From IMG/VR virus record IMGVR_UViG_3300002835_000013: DNA of 64,000 nt; one strand, written 5' to 3'. Positions 47,699 to 58,065 of this stretch are shown piece by piece (within the stretch, counting starts at the first letter, position 1; every line of letters begins with the position of its first letter). This DNA comes from a virus. The position numbers and the translations under genes were made by a program. The notes under the pieces were generated by a model. The model was not told where the DNA came from and did not search any database. It was given only the letters and a program-made list of their open reading frames with translations.

Positions 47699-48193
47699 AT
47701 GTCTTACTATATATACGCCTATATTCGTCAAAACGGAACTCCCTATTATATCGGTAAAGGAAAAGGTAAACGAGCCTGGAGTATTCATCCTGGTGTTTCT
47801 GTTCCTAAAGATCCTTCTCGCATAGTCATAATGGAATCAAACCTAACTAATGTGGGCGCCTGTGCTTTGGAGCGCCGATATATTAGATGGTTCGGTCGCA
47901 AAGACCTCGGCACTGGTATTCTCATAAACAGAACCGAAGGAGGTGATGGTAATACTAGTCCTCGTTCCGACGAATGGAAAAAAGAACATAGTGTAAAAAT
48001 GTCAGGATCTAATAATCCTATGTTTGGTAAAACAAGAAAACCCATTGATCGTTCATATATGAAAACCGAAGAATATCGTAAGAAGATAAGTGAAGCAAAG
48101 AAAGGTAAACCTAATCTAAAACTCCGTGGTCGTGTTTTCACCGAAGAATGGAAAAGAAAGATTAGCGAGTCCAAGAAGAAACCCTTACTTTAG
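47699..48193 (+). CDS. Free-standing GIY-YIG homing endonuclease with NUMOD3 repeats
   Basis: [16 protein letters not shown]...R, E...[29 protein letters not shown]. Confidence 0.88.
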   Translation: MSYYIYAYIRQNGTPYYIGKGKGKRAWSIHPGVSVPKDPSRIVIMESNLTNVGACALERRYIRWFGRKDLGTGILINRTEGGDGNTSPRSDEWKKEHSVKMSGSNNPMFGKTRKPIDRSYMKTEEYRKKISEAKKGKPNLKLRGRVFTEEWKRKISESKKKPLL

Positions 48194-48586
48194 TGCTTTC
48201 ACATGAGTTCGCCTAACTCTCAAAAAAATCCAATCGTTATAATAGTCCTCGGAAATCAAAGCGTTTCGGTCAAACTGTTCCTTCGCTTCCATATACGAAG
48301 CCTCGCCTTTACTCTTACATAGATAGAGGATTTCTCTTGTGAACTTTTCTTTGCCGAATAGATCAACATGCGAAAGGAGTTCTTTGTTTGAACCATAGTA
48401 ATCCAGCCAATCCGAATCAACCTGTTTCTTCACTCGCTTACCTTTTCTCTTGGTGCTGCGAGTGAAACGAAACAGTTTCTTGCCTACATATTTCTTATCA
48501 GTGACCGTGTTTGTTATCAGATAAACAAACGCCACATATCCATCTGGTATTTCAGTAAGTGGTTCTTTGTTGTATGTCCATGCCAT
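48185..48586 (-). CDS. Seg-like GIY-YIG protein
   Basis: FVYLITN....KKYVGKK, W..YYGS, F.REIL, YYN. Confidence 0.85.
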   Translation of the reverse strand: MAWTYNKEPLTEIPDGYVAFVYLITNTVTDKKYVGKKLFRFTRSTKRKGKRVKKQVDSDWLDYYGSNKELLSHVDLFGKEKFTREILYLCKSKGEASYMEAKEQFDRNALISEDYYNDWIFLRVRRTHVKALK

Positions 48587-49257
48587 ACAGATATATAGTC
48601 ATCGATTTATAAACCAATCATATATCTTGGCAGAAACAACAATCAAAATACCGTAGACTATTACCAATAGAGGTGCGATAAAAAGAAGATATGTCCATGC
48701 GTCAATCTTCAAAGGCTTCTACCTCTGGCGGATACTTTTCGTTCCACACTACATCAAATGCCGGATCGATATCAAGATATCCTTCCATGCCTTTGACTTC
48801 AAACTCTTCCAAAACTTCTAATAGAATCCTGTATGTTTCTTCTCGTTCTAATACACCAACATCGCTTTCAACATACTGTTCAATAAACTGTCCAAATATG
48901 GCCGCTCTTTCTCCGGTCATCCTTCTTTATCCTTTCTGAAATAAGACATGTAACTTGTGACAGAATCGGAGAACATCTTATAACTGAAAGCCGCTGCGAT
49001 AAACACATTTCTATACCATTCATAAACTAGATTTCTAGCCAACAAGTCCGACTCTTTTATTTTCTTTCTTCTGGGTCTTTTCTTTAGTAAAGACTTATCT
49101 TCTATCATAGTCTCAAAAAACTTTATTCTTCCTTCTATGTAAAGTTTGCCCTTCTCCACTTGAGGATCATTTCTCAAAAGTTTAGAAACTCTCCTTAGAT
49201 GCTTTCTATTTCTCATTGAAATGTGGAGTTGTTCAAGTAAGATTTCGTCAAGTTCAT

Positions 49258-50256
49258 TCATACCAAATTTTCTACAAACTGATCGGTTGCTGCTTCCCAT
49301 GAGAAATGCTTTGCTCTCGCTACAGCATCTTCTCGTTTGAGATGGAATGCCCTACAAATGGCATGTTCCAGATCATCATCAAGATAACCAGACTTGCCTT
49401 CTTCAATGATATATTCATTCACATCATTATAAAAAGCAGCAACAGGTAGACCACATGCCATCGCTTCAAGCACGACAAGGCCAAATGTATCTGTCATGGA
49501 TGGCCATGCGAACACATCTTGTACCTGTAATGTTCTAGCGATTTCTTCTGGAGTTTTTCTGCCTAGGAATATGGCATCTGGATATTTTGCTTTGTATTCT
49601 TCTAACTGTGGACCATCACCAATAATAAACTTCACAATACTTTCATTCGGTATCTTTAGAAATGCTTCTAGGTTTTTCTCGGCTGATACTCTACCTACAT
49701 AGATAGCACGAATGACCTTTTCTACTTCCATCTTCTTCCAATTCGGATCGGGTTTGAAAAGGTCAGTATCAACACCACGAGACCATAACTTTAGGTTTTT
49801 GATACCCAATGAATTACAGTAATCAACCATGGCGGGGGTAGGAACCATAACACAATCGCTGTTTCTATGGAACCAACGAAAATACCGACCAGTAATTCTT
49901 GGTGGTATATAAGCATGTTCATAAAGATAATCTGGATACTTAGTATGGAACGATGTGGTATAGCGTCGTTTATACTTCTTGCAATAATGTCTAGCGGCAA
50001 GACCTATGCTTCCTTCTGTTGCTATGTGAATGTGGTTCGCATTCTTCACATATTCATCAGCGATACCCATAGGCAAAAGTGGCATATAAATGCCCGTTGA
50101 TGGTTGTAGTGGAACTGTCACCTTGAACATACCAGGATGGACAACTTTTACATCATAACCACGCTTTTCAAGATGCTTGATTGTCGTCTTTAGTGTAGTG
50201 ACAACTCCATTGATTTGTGGTTCCCAAGCATCGGTAAAAATTGTAATGTTCGTCAT
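49258..50256 (-). CDS. agt: GT4 glycosyltransferase, Agt-like (diacylglycerol glycosyltransferase)
   Basis: TDAW.PQ.NGVV.TL, HIATEG..G, TTSFHT..P.Y, WSRGVD, VGRVS.EKN, S.TDTFGLV.LEAMACG. Confidence 0.8.
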   Translation of the reverse strand: MTNITIFTDAWEPQINGVVTTLKTTIKHLEKRGYDVKVVHPGMFKVTVPLQPSTGIYMPLLPMGIADEYVKNANHIHIATEGSIGLAARHYCKKYKRRYTTSFHTKYPDYLYEHAYIPPRITGRYFRWFHRNSDCVMVPTPAMVDYCNSLGIKNLKLWSRGVDTDLFKPDPNWKKMEVEKVIRAIYVGRVSAEKNLEAFLKIPNESIVKFIIGDGPQLEEYKAKYPDAIFLGRKTPEEIARTLQVQDVFAWPSMTDTFGLVVLEAMACGLPVAAFYNDVNEYIIEEGKSGYLDDDLEHAICRAFHLKREDAVARAKHFSWEAATDQFVENLV

Positions 50257-50996
50257 CGTCTTATAATCTCAAACTTTCCATTATAGTGTTCAACAAGTGC
50301 GGTGCAGGATTCTACCCAATCGCCGCAGTTCATATACTCAACATCATCAAAAGAACATATATTAGCATGATGAATATGACCGCAAACCACACCATCTACG
50401 CATCTCCTTTTGGCAGCATCAGCAACTACCTTTTCATAGTCACCAATAAAGTTTACTGCTTCCTTGACATTTTGTTTCGCCCATGCCGAAAGAGAAAATC
50501 CATTGATGCCAAAATAATTATATATGTTCTGTAGATATCTGTTTAGATCAATCATTCTATCATACAACCAACCGCCGATAAGAGCAAGCCACTTGGCGTT
50601 TGTTGTAATCAAGTCAAACTGATCGCCATGAATTACGAGATATCGCTTACCACTTTCACCATGATGGATAGTTTCATTCACCAATCTGATATTACCCATC
50701 TCGGTGCCAGCATACTCACGAAGAAACTCGTCATGATTGCCAGTTACATAATAGACTTCTACTGACTTCTTGGATTGCTTTAGAAAGAACTGAATGACTT
50801 CGTTATGTGCCTGAGGCCAATAGACTTTGTTTCGCATCATCCATCCGTCAATAATATCACCAACCAAGTAGTATCTATCGGCTTCGGTTTCTTTGAGAAA
50901 CTCCAATAGCTTTTCAGCATTGGAGTATTTTGTGCCCAAGTGAACATCTGATATAAAGATAGCACGATACTTCTTTTTCTCTTTGTTCTTCAACAC
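50253..50996 (-). CDS. plcP: PlcP-like phospholipase C (LpxH-like metallophosphoesterase)
   Basis: FISDVHLG, LVGDIIDGW, WP..HN.V, GNHDE, HGDQFD, SLS.WAK..VK.AVNFI, CGHIH, N.GDWVESCTA. Confidence 0.8.
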   Translation of the reverse strand: MLKNKEKKKYRAIFISDVHLGTKYSNAEKLLEFLKETEADRYYLVGDIIDGWMMRNKVYWPQAHNEVIQFFLKQSKKSVEVYYVTGNHDEFLREYAGTEMGNIRLVNETIHHGESGKRYLVIHGDQFDLITTNAKWLALIGGWLYDRMIDLNRYLQNIYNYFGINGFSLSAWAKQNVKEAVNFIGDYEKVVADAAKRRCVDGVVCGHIHHANICSFDDVEYMNCGDWVESCTALVEHYNGKFEIIRR

Positions 50997-51021
50997 CGCT
51001 CCTTTGGTTAGAAGGCAAGAC

Positions 51022-51029
51022 TATTTATA
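51022..51029 (-). promoter_or_regulatory. Late promoter TATAAATA upstream of plcP-agt
   Basis: Exact consensus, followed by an AAGGAG RBS. Confidence 0.7.
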
Positions 51030-51161
51030 AAGCTGAAAACAAAAGGGCAGTAATCGTGATAAGCATGACTAATGAGAATGCCCAGTTAGTTGCCAGTCCT
51101 ATCATACCAAAGATTGTGATTAGTATGATGAGAGACATGATGGTGCGAAACTTTTCGTCGG

Positions 51162-51566
51162 TCACGGAACAATCCTAATAGTTGTGTTTGGATCATGCTT
51201 TACAATTTCATATAGAGTGGCAGCATTAGCAGGATGTAGCCTGACACAGCCATGAGAAGCAGGCCGACCAAGATTGCCAACATGGGGAGTAGCATGAATG
51301 GCATATCCACCAGAGAAGAAAATAGAGTTCGGCATAGGTGCATTATCATACTTCTTTGAGTAATGCATTCTCTGTAGAGAATACGGATGAAATGTGCCAG
51401 TTGGTGTATAAAAGCCCTTACGAGCCGTAGACACAGGCCACTGATAAGAACCATAATCACTATCAACCTGCATCATCTGGTGAGACTTGCTAACAGTGAT
51501 ATTGGTTTCAGCAAACGCCGGTGTAGTCAGCAACGTTACGAGGGCTAGACTTAGCAACTTCTTCAT
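51162..51566 (-). CDS. L,D-transpeptidase (YkuD family) with signal peptide
   Basis: VST...G..TP.G, AIHAT...LG.PASHGCVRL. Confidence 0.92.
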   Translation of the reverse strand: MKKLLSLALVTLLTTPAFAETNITVSKSHQMMQVDSDYGSYQWPVSTARKGFYTPTGTFHPYSLQRMHYSKKYDNAPMPNSIFFSGGYAIHATPHVGNLGRPASHGCVRLHPANAATLYEIVKHDPNTTIRIVP

Positions 51567-52045
51567 TCTCTTTCTCCTTCACAGTAAGTTCAAGTGGTAC
51601 AACAAACTTTTGCCATGCCATAAAATCCTTATTAGATTCTTTTATGGCATATATGATATGTGGTTGATAGTTTTTCCGATCAAAATACTGTGACACAACC
51701 AAAAGATCATCTACTGTATAGTTGCGTAGATGATCCCTTTTCATCATGTTATCAAGTTCTTCTCTGGTATTGATAACTCTTGCCTTGAATGATAGTTCTA
51801 TTTGACTCATTTACTTCTCCATTAGCATGTAATCTTACCAGGACATTTGTCGTGCGGACAAACATATCCCATAGGTAATAGTCTGCCAAGACCATCTGTA
51901 AAAGAAATACCACAGATTTTACATTTCACTTCGCCATAATCAGTTGGAAGTTGGTGTTGAGAAGGGACCGTCCAGTCCCTCCATAGTTTTCCTATTTCCA
52001 TACCATCACGAATACCTTGTTTGTATCCTTCTTTCCAATCTTCGC

Positions 52046-53938
52046 TCATATTTCACAACTTCCTGAGGTACAAGCCAAAGTCTGAACACCTTCAACATTA
52101 TCTTCCATTTCAACCAGAGAGTCCCAATCGAGAGACTTTGGAATAGATGGTAGCATTAGATTATAAAGGTCTTCGGTGATTTCCTCATATGGTGCCTGAC
52201 GATATGAACCACCATCATGTGGCAAGAATGATACGCCAGACATTTCATCAAAATGACGATACACCCACGCACCAACATCCATCCATTCATGCTCTCTTAC
52301 ATTGATGGTAACGGATGGCTTGTGTTCGCACCATGCCTCCTGATATACTGCCCAAAGTTCAAGGTGCTTGATGGCGTCAATGTCGTCTCTAACGACAGCG
52401 CCCTTTGGCGCTTTCATTGGGAATGAGAAGACAGTTGTGGATTCTGGCTTCATAACATCTGGTTCCCATGGCACACCCTTGTCCTTCATAAACCGTGTGA
52501 GAGGATCTTTATTATCAGCCCGAACACGACGAATATAGAAGTTAGAATGGCGAGGATGGATACCACTGGCCGAATCGCATAGTTGAGATACAGTACCAGA
52601 AGGTTTAACGCAAGTAATAGCAGCAGCGGGATTGATTCCAAGAGTAGTTGCGAGTCCATTGTTTACCTCAATAGCAAAGTCACGGAGAGAAGCAAGACGC
52701 TCCTTGATGCCTTTGTCTTCTGGATTGTTGAATAGTTTGGAGTCATAGATGCCTGTGAGAGATACACCAAGTAGTCTTTCTTCCTCAGCATTCTTCTGCC
52801 AAATCTTTCTTAGGTAGGGAAAATCCGTAAGAGTAGACTGAAAAGTACCAAGGATAGTCGCAATCTCAATTTTGTCACGAATAGTTTCCATGGTGTCTCC
52901 GGCTCTAATAACAACCTCGGTAAGATTACAAAAGCCATACGGTCTAAGGATGATTTCAGAGCATGGGTTTGTTCCAAAAAGTTGGTCAGCATTTCTGCGG
53001 CCATTTCGCTTTGCGATTTTCTGACATGCTTCACGACTGAATAGACCTCTCTCACCCGACTTGGAATCATATAGTGCTAGCCACTCGGACATGAATGATC
53101 CGATTTCCGGCTTCTCGTTATAGACCGCAGAGTTGTTAGACAATGCTCGCTGTGGATTTGCTTCCCACCAAGCACCTGCCTTAGCATGTCTCATACGATC
53201 ATCGGAAAGATTAGACAAGGAAATCATAGCAGAACGGCGAACACCACCGACTACCACAACCTCTCCGATTTTACACATAATATCATGGCACTCTAAGGAT
53301 GTCAAGCGGCGTCCATGAGCATTCCTGAAAATCTTTACAACAAACTTGAACAGTTCGGAAAGTGGACCAGGACCAGAAGAACGACCGCCAAATGTCTTTA
53401 GTGGAGCACCAGCAGGACGAACCTTTGTTAGGTCCCACTTTGGAACTTCACCAGCATAAAGAAGTGAGATAAGCATACGAAGTGCCTTTGCCCAACCTTC
53501 CTTAGAATCACGAACAGAAATGATAGTTTCGGAATCAAATAGTTTTTCTGGAATCTCTGGTAGCTGATTGATAAACTGGCGCTCAACAGAGAAGCCAACA
53601 CCAGTGCCACAAAGAAGAATAAACATTGCTTCGTCAAATGCCTTAGGATCATCAACAGGCAAAAACGAACAGTTATAACCACAAGTGTTATCACGCTCTA
53701 ATGCCTTGCCAGCAGTCATCAAGGCACGCATAGAAGGCATAACCTTGAGGTCATACATGGCGTTATAGAGACGAGGACGAATGTCTTTGATGTTGTAGTT
53801 GTATTTGCTTTGGAGATGATTCTCCATGAAGTCTAGGTATCTATTGATAGTCTCGCCCCAGTTCTCACGGCGATTTAGTTCTGGTAGGTATCTTGAGTAT
53901 CTGCTTTTGTAAATAAATTCCTGATAAAGTGATTCCAT
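52046..53938 (-). CDS. nrdJ: Class II (B12-dependent) ribonucleotide reductase
   Basis: PSMRA, YNC, G.GVGFSV, VGGVRRSA, TNPCSEI, CNLTE, KPSGTVS, C-terminal C..G.CEI; no beta subunit adjacent. Confidence 0.9.
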   Translation of the reverse strand: MESLYQEFIYKSRYSRYLPELNRRENWGETINRYLDFMENHLQSKYNYNIKDIRPRLYNAMYDLKVMPSMRALMTAGKALERDNTCGYNCSFLPVDDPKAFDEAMFILLCGTGVGFSVERQFINQLPEIPEKLFDSETIISVRDSKEGWAKALRMLISLLYAGEVPKWDLTKVRPAGAPLKTFGGRSSGPGPLSELFKFVVKIFRNAHGRRLTSLECHDIMCKIGEVVVVGGVRRSAMISLSNLSDDRMRHAKAGAWWEANPQRALSNNSAVYNEKPEIGSFMSEWLALYDSKSGERGLFSREACQKIAKRNGRRNADQLFGTNPCSEIILRPYGFCNLTEVVIRAGDTMETIRDKIEIATILGTFQSTLTDFPYLRKIWQKNAEEERLLGVSLTGIYDSKLFNNPEDKGIKERLASLRDFAIEVNNGLATTLGINPAAAITCVKPSGTVSQLCDSASGIHPRHSNFYIRRVRADNKDPLTRFMKDKGVPWEPDVMKPESTTVFSFPMKAPKGAVVRDDIDAIKHLELWAVYQEAWCEHKPSVTINVREHEWMDVGAWVYRHFDEMSGVSFLPHDGGSYRQAPYEEITEDLYNLMLPSIPKSLDWDSLVEMEDNVEGVQTLACTSGSCEI

Positions 53939-54565
53939 TATTCTTCCTCTTTCTTATTCGTATATACTATCTGCTCATCTTTAGGTTTCTCAATACGATT
54001 GATCACTTTATATGGAGCATTACTGACACATTTGTTTGAATGTTCCATATACATATATTCCCAACCACTGTTCTTTGTCAACTTTGCAATAGTTAGTTTC
54101 TGTGATCTCTCATACTGGATGACCCAATAGAATCCTGGAGTATAGTTACTCATTATTCTTCCTCTTTCTTTTCCATTTCCATAATCTGTTTATACTGTTT
54201 CAGACCTTCTTCCTTGCCGTGAATAGCTTGAAGGTCTTTGTGTAAGTCGCTATCACTATATTCTCGTCTATACTTTTTATATGTTTTGTTCGCCTCTGAA
54301 ATCGTTTGGTCAAGTTTTGTCAATGCTTCGTCAATCATGACCGAAATTCCTTGCGATTTGCGATTCTCGTCAGATCCTCATATGAATAAGATGTTGGTTG
54401 TCCCCAACCTTTTTCCATTCTTTTGTGGATGACTATGATAGTATCATTTGTCATACCAATACTTCTTCTAAACTCAAATAGAATGTCTAAACATTTTCTA
54501 TCAGGATCACTGTAATAGTTCTTTAGATATTCTGCCGCATCCCTCATAACATTAGGATCAATCAT
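53938..54565 (-). CDS. Three small hypothetical genes between thyX and nrdJ (53938-54153, 54153-54338, 54335-54565)
   Basis: Translationally coupled ORFs. Confidence 0.6.
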
Positions 54566-55374
54566 GACCAAAACTTCCACCAAGGTTTCTTTTCAATGAG
54601 AGGTACCTCAACAAATTTATTATCCCAATAATCCCAAAGAGAAGGAAAGTGCATTAGAATTTGCTCTTGTGCGGAAAGAGCAACCTGACGGTGTTCCTTC
54701 TGTGTGCCTGGTTCGGCTCTAACGTCAATGTAATGAATCCAAGAACGAAGTGTCCCTGACATATATAGACGGGTTGTGGTTAGACCTTCTGGTAGAATTG
54801 CTCTGGCTTGTTCTTTGGCCATGCCCCAACTTATAGCGTTTTTATAACGCTCTTTAGCAAGATCAGTTATTTCTTCCTGAACACTATTCCATTGAAACTT
54901 TAGACCGGAAGCATCGATATCTCCAATAGACGAAGAAATCGTTTCATCTGTAATCTCAATACTATTCTGACGATTCTTGGCATCCTGTAGTCTTGCTTCT
55001 CTCGTTACAAACTGCATGTCCTTAGTAGGATCAGCATAACGCTGGCTAAACTCTTGGAATGAGAATGAACGATGGCGAATGATCTGGTGAGAGATATCAC
55101 GGGTTGTATTGATTTCCATTGTGATAGACACCATCTCAAAAGGACTCCAGTGCTTATGTTCAATGAGGTACTTTAGAAGTTTTGGTGCGGTTAGTGTGTT
55201 GTGTTGATTAGATGGATTAGATACTCTTGCCGTGTAGGCGATAAACTCTTCGGCAGACATATCTTTTTGATAACTAGATGTATGATTTCTGCCTGTTGCT
55301 TTACAAAATTTAGTCTGTTCAACAGTAGTTTTCATAAGCGGTTGTGTAATAGCAATAATCTTAGCGTCGTTCAT
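54562..55374 (-). CDS. thyX: Flavin-dependent thymidylate synthase
   Basis: ARVSNP, HWSPFE, RHRSFSFQEFSQRY, E.AR..LP, R....TQKEH. Confidence 0.96.
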   Translation of the reverse strand: MNDAKIIAITQPLMKTTVEQTKFCKATGRNHTSSYQKDMSAEEFIAYTARVSNPSNQHNTLTAPKLLKYLIEHKHWSPFEMVSITMEINTTRDISHQIIRHRSFSFQEFSQRYADPTKDMQFVTREARLQDAKNRQNSIEITDETISSSIGDIDASGLKFQWNSVQEEITDLAKERYKNAISWGMAKEQARAILPEGLTTTRLYMSGTLRSWIHYIDVRAEPGTQKEHRQVALSAQEQILMHFPSLWDYWDNKFVEVPLIEKKPWWKFWS

Positions 55375-55555
55375 TCTTTATGTCCTCAATCAATTCTGCC
55401 ATTTCTTCAATTAGTTTAGGTAATAATACAAAAGCAGCGCCCCATGTATGTTTATTCATAAGGTGCTTATAACGCTTCACATATTCGTGTGGTGATATAT
55501 GTTTTAGTTCTTGTTCAACCCACTTAGCATCATAGATGATCTTAGCGTCGTTCAT
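55361..55555 (-). CDS. Small hypothetical protein sharing its first 7 residues with ThyX
   Basis: MNDAKII...; ATGA overlap with the primase stop. Confidence 0.6.
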   Translation of the reverse strand: MNDAKIIYDAKWVEQELKHISPHEYVKRYKHLMNKHTWGAAFVLLPKLIEEMAELIEDIKNERR

Positions 55556-56556
55556 ACTCTGCTCCACTGGTTCATTTTCATTGTCGCTTCTAATCCTGCA
55601 AAGGTATTAGTATCTATGATGTGCTGGATATGGGAAGGATGCATTCCTGCCAATACCATTTCATTGATATCTTTCTCTTTGATATCCGTAGGCCATACAC
55701 AAATCTTTCTACCCATGTCGATTGTCTTCCGCATGTTGCTTACGATTTGCTTGTTTCGAGGTTCATTATCATAGACGAAAACATAGTCGTAGTCAAGACC
55801 TACGATACTAGCCGCAACATACAAACTTGCATCCATAGTAGCCAGGCTATTGTCAATAAAAAGAGAGTCGATGGGACCCTCAACCACATACATAGTGCGA
55901 CTAACATCAACTCTATCCCAACCAAATATCTTAGGAACTGTTTCATCTGCCTTGATCGTTATGTATTTGATTTTGGAAGGACCGATTGCTCGACCTTGAA
56001 CGCCTAGAAGATTGCCTTCTTTGTCATGGAAAGGAATGATGATGCGTTCTTCTTTATATAGTTGTTTGTCGTTTTCAGGAAATAGGTCCTTGACAAACTT
56101 TGAGAAGTCGTCCGTATAGAATAGATGGTCGATAGGAACTTTTCTATCTTCCATATACTTTCTGGCATGATGCTTTGGACTCAACTCCGAAAGTTTGGTG
56201 GTTACAATAGTCTTAGGCTTGGAAACAAACACAGGCTTGGACACAAAGTCATTTACATCCACTTTGGTGTTTGTTGTATTGGACTGAACAAACGATTCCA
56301 ACTGATACTCATTATAGAGAACAGGATCCACATAGCGAATGAACTTAGACAACGCCATAGTGGAACCGCAGTTATGACACATAAAGCCAAAGTGTTCCTT
56401 TCGCTTATAGATGTAACCACGGGTCTTGATTTTGTTCTTTTGGGAATCGCCACAAACTGGACAACGGAAGTTCCATAAAAATTCTCCCCGCTGCTTGAAC
56501 TGTGAAAGTTTAGGAGCGAGGAGAGAAATATACTTTTTATCGATGTATACCGACAT
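55552..56556 (-). CDS. gp61: DNA primase gp61
   Basis: NFRCP.CGDS, CHNCG, IIPF, QGR, VEGPIDS.F, DNEPRN, KDINEM. Confidence 0.96.
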   Translation of the reverse strand: MSVYIDKKYISLLAPKLSQFKQRGEFLWNFRCPVCGDSQKNKIKTRGYIYKRKEHFGFMCHNCGSTMALSKFIRYVDPVLYNEYQLESFVQSNTTNTKVDVNDFVSKPVFVSKPKTIVTTKLSELSPKHHARKYMEDRKVPIDHLFYTDDFSKFVKDLFPENDKQLYKEERIIIPFHDKEGNLLGVQGRAIGPSKIKYITIKADETVPKIFGWDRVDVSRTMYVVEGPIDSLFIDNSLATMDASLYVAASIVGLDYDYVFVYDNEPRNKQIVSNMRKTIDMGRKICVWPTDIKEKDINEMVLAGMHPSHIQHIIDTNTFAGLEATMKMNQWSRV

Positions 56557-56612
56557 AGATCACCTGTTCATAATGAAGTTCTATTCTATATTATCCTTGA
56601 CGCTGTGTCAAG

Positions 56613-57005
56613 TTATTTCTTTAGGTATGGCTTCATTTGTTGGAGAACTTCCCTTAGACTATCGATTTCCTTTCTAAGGTCTTGACGGTCATTGTCCACT
56701 ACAGGAATACGAGAATCCAACTTTGACTTGATGGAATCTACGGTTTCTTCTATGCGAGTTACCTTTGTTTCAAGGTAAGTTACTTTTTGTTGAAGTTCCA
56801 GGTCCTTCATTTTGAAGTCGCCAATGGTCATAAAGTAGGCAGCAATAAGACCACCCACCGCAATAATGGCGGTGATAAAGTGTGGAACTTTCTCTACGAT
56901 ACCACCAACCGCATCATTATCGTCGTTGGTGTTGTTGTTAACCATTGTTGCTTCCATTCCTTTTCTTGTCCTGTCTATCTCTTCTTGGGATAGCGAGCAT
57001 AACAC
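56613..57005 (-). CDS. Single-TM coiled-coil membrane protein
   Basis: FITAIIAVGGLIAAYF followed by heptads; true start probably downstream. Confidence 0.6.
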   Translation of the reverse strand: MLCSLSQEEIDRTRKGMEATMVNNNTNDDNDAVGGIVEKVPHFITAIIAVGGLIAAYFMTIGDFKMKDLELQQKVTYLETKVTRIEETVDSIKSKLDSRIPVVDNDRQDLRKEIDSLREVLQQMKPYLKK

Positions 57006-57394
57006 ATTTCACCGGTGCTTTCATTTCTCAATACAATCCCTCTCCCAGGATTCTTTGCGGCATATTCTCTAATCTCGGCAAAACAATCATCTTCATCTAG
57101 GTACTTGCGCCAATGTTTACCTCTGCGCTTTTCCATCTTGGCATTATGAAAAACTTTTGATGACACCTCGAAGACAACCGAACCAGCAAATGTTTCACAA
57201 TCTTCTACAATAGGATTTGGTGCTTTTCTTCTAAGCATATTTATAACGACAGGTGTAGGAGTTGATTTCTCATTACGCTGTCTTCTTCTTTGTGCTTTCT
57301 TAGAAACACCAGGTTCGCCCATTGGTCCGATACCTGCACCGGCGATGGCACCAGAACCTACATTGTTTGTCGGCGCATCTTCTTTGATTGTCAT
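56975..57394 (-). CDS. Hypothetical protein, possibly head-associated
   Basis: IKE-DAPTNNVGSG N-terminus. Confidence 0.6.
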   Translation of the reverse strand: MTIKEDAPTNNVGSGAIAGAGIGPMGEPGVSKKAQRRRQRNEKSTPTPVVINMLRRKAPNPIVEDCETFAGSVVFEVSSKVFHNAKMEKRRGKHWRKYLDEDDCFAEIREYAAKNPGRGIVLRNESTGEMCYARYPKKR

Positions 57395-57777
57395 ATTTTC
57401 CTCAATCTATCTGCTATGGATAAATCCACAGGTATTTCTTCTTGCCTGACATAGTATTTATCAAACGAAGCCTTTAGATGGTCGGGCATATAGTTCAAAT
57501 ATATCAGTATTGTTTTCAGAACAGGATAATCTTCTTGATCTATTTTGTAAAATAGCATATTGACGGTGGGTTCAACACCAAAGACATTGGCTAGAATGAT
57601 AACGTGGTTTAGAACAAGTCTCTCCTTGAACTCACCAGTTTGTTTATACTTTCTCAAAAGGCGCTTGATATACTTGATGCGCTTTAGATCGTCCTCAAAC
57701 TCCGATTGGATGATGTGAGGACGATCATAGCATTTCGCCGCATATATCAAGAAGTTTCCATCATTTAGATCAAGCAT
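57391..57777 (-). CDS. T4-like hypothetical protein
   Basis: NF..YA.K.Y..P.....EF..DLKR.KY.KRL...Y...GE.KERL.LNH. Confidence 0.8.
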   Translation of the reverse strand: MLDLNDGNFLIYAAKCYDRPHIIQSEFEDDLKRIKYIKRLLRKYKQTGEFKERLVLNHVIILANVFGVEPTVNMLFYKIDQEDYPVLKTILIYLNYMPDHLKASFDKYYVRQEEIPVDLSIADRLRKI

Positions 57778-57780
57778 TAC

Positions 57781-58065
57781 TTAGTTCTTACTTCGTTTCA
57801 TTTCCTTCATGATCTTATACTGATAATGCCTATTAGAATGATTATACAATCTTCTATAGAACATTTCGATTATTGTCTTGGCAGTTGTTCCCTCAAATAA
57901 CGATGGTATAAGACCATGAACAATAGAAGCAATACCTGTGCCTATTAGGATGAAGCCAGCATATACGGCCCATTTGAGGTGAGCCGTATATGTAGTATTA
58001 CTTTCTTTTAGATGATCACTTATTTTCTTCACGCTTCTTTGCTTTCCATGCTGTAGCGTAAGCAA
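57781..58065 (-). CDS. DUF6356-like small membrane protein
   Basis: HL.....TY..HL..A, IVHG..P..F; start uncertain. Confidence 0.6.
   Translation of the reverse strand: MLTLQHGKQRSVKKISDHLKESNTTYTAHLKWAVYAGFILIGTGIASIVHGLIPSLFEGTTAKTIIEMFYRRLYNHSNRHYQYKIMKEMKRSKN

Noticed and set aside
50253-50996. Lipid A enzyme LpxH
   Set aside because: Motifs and coupling to an Agt-like GT4 fit PlcP better; no other lpx genes are present
52046-56556. Introns or inteins in nrdJ, thyX or primase
   Set aside because: ORFs are continuous and of ordinary length with no splicing motifs; the nucleases here are free-standing
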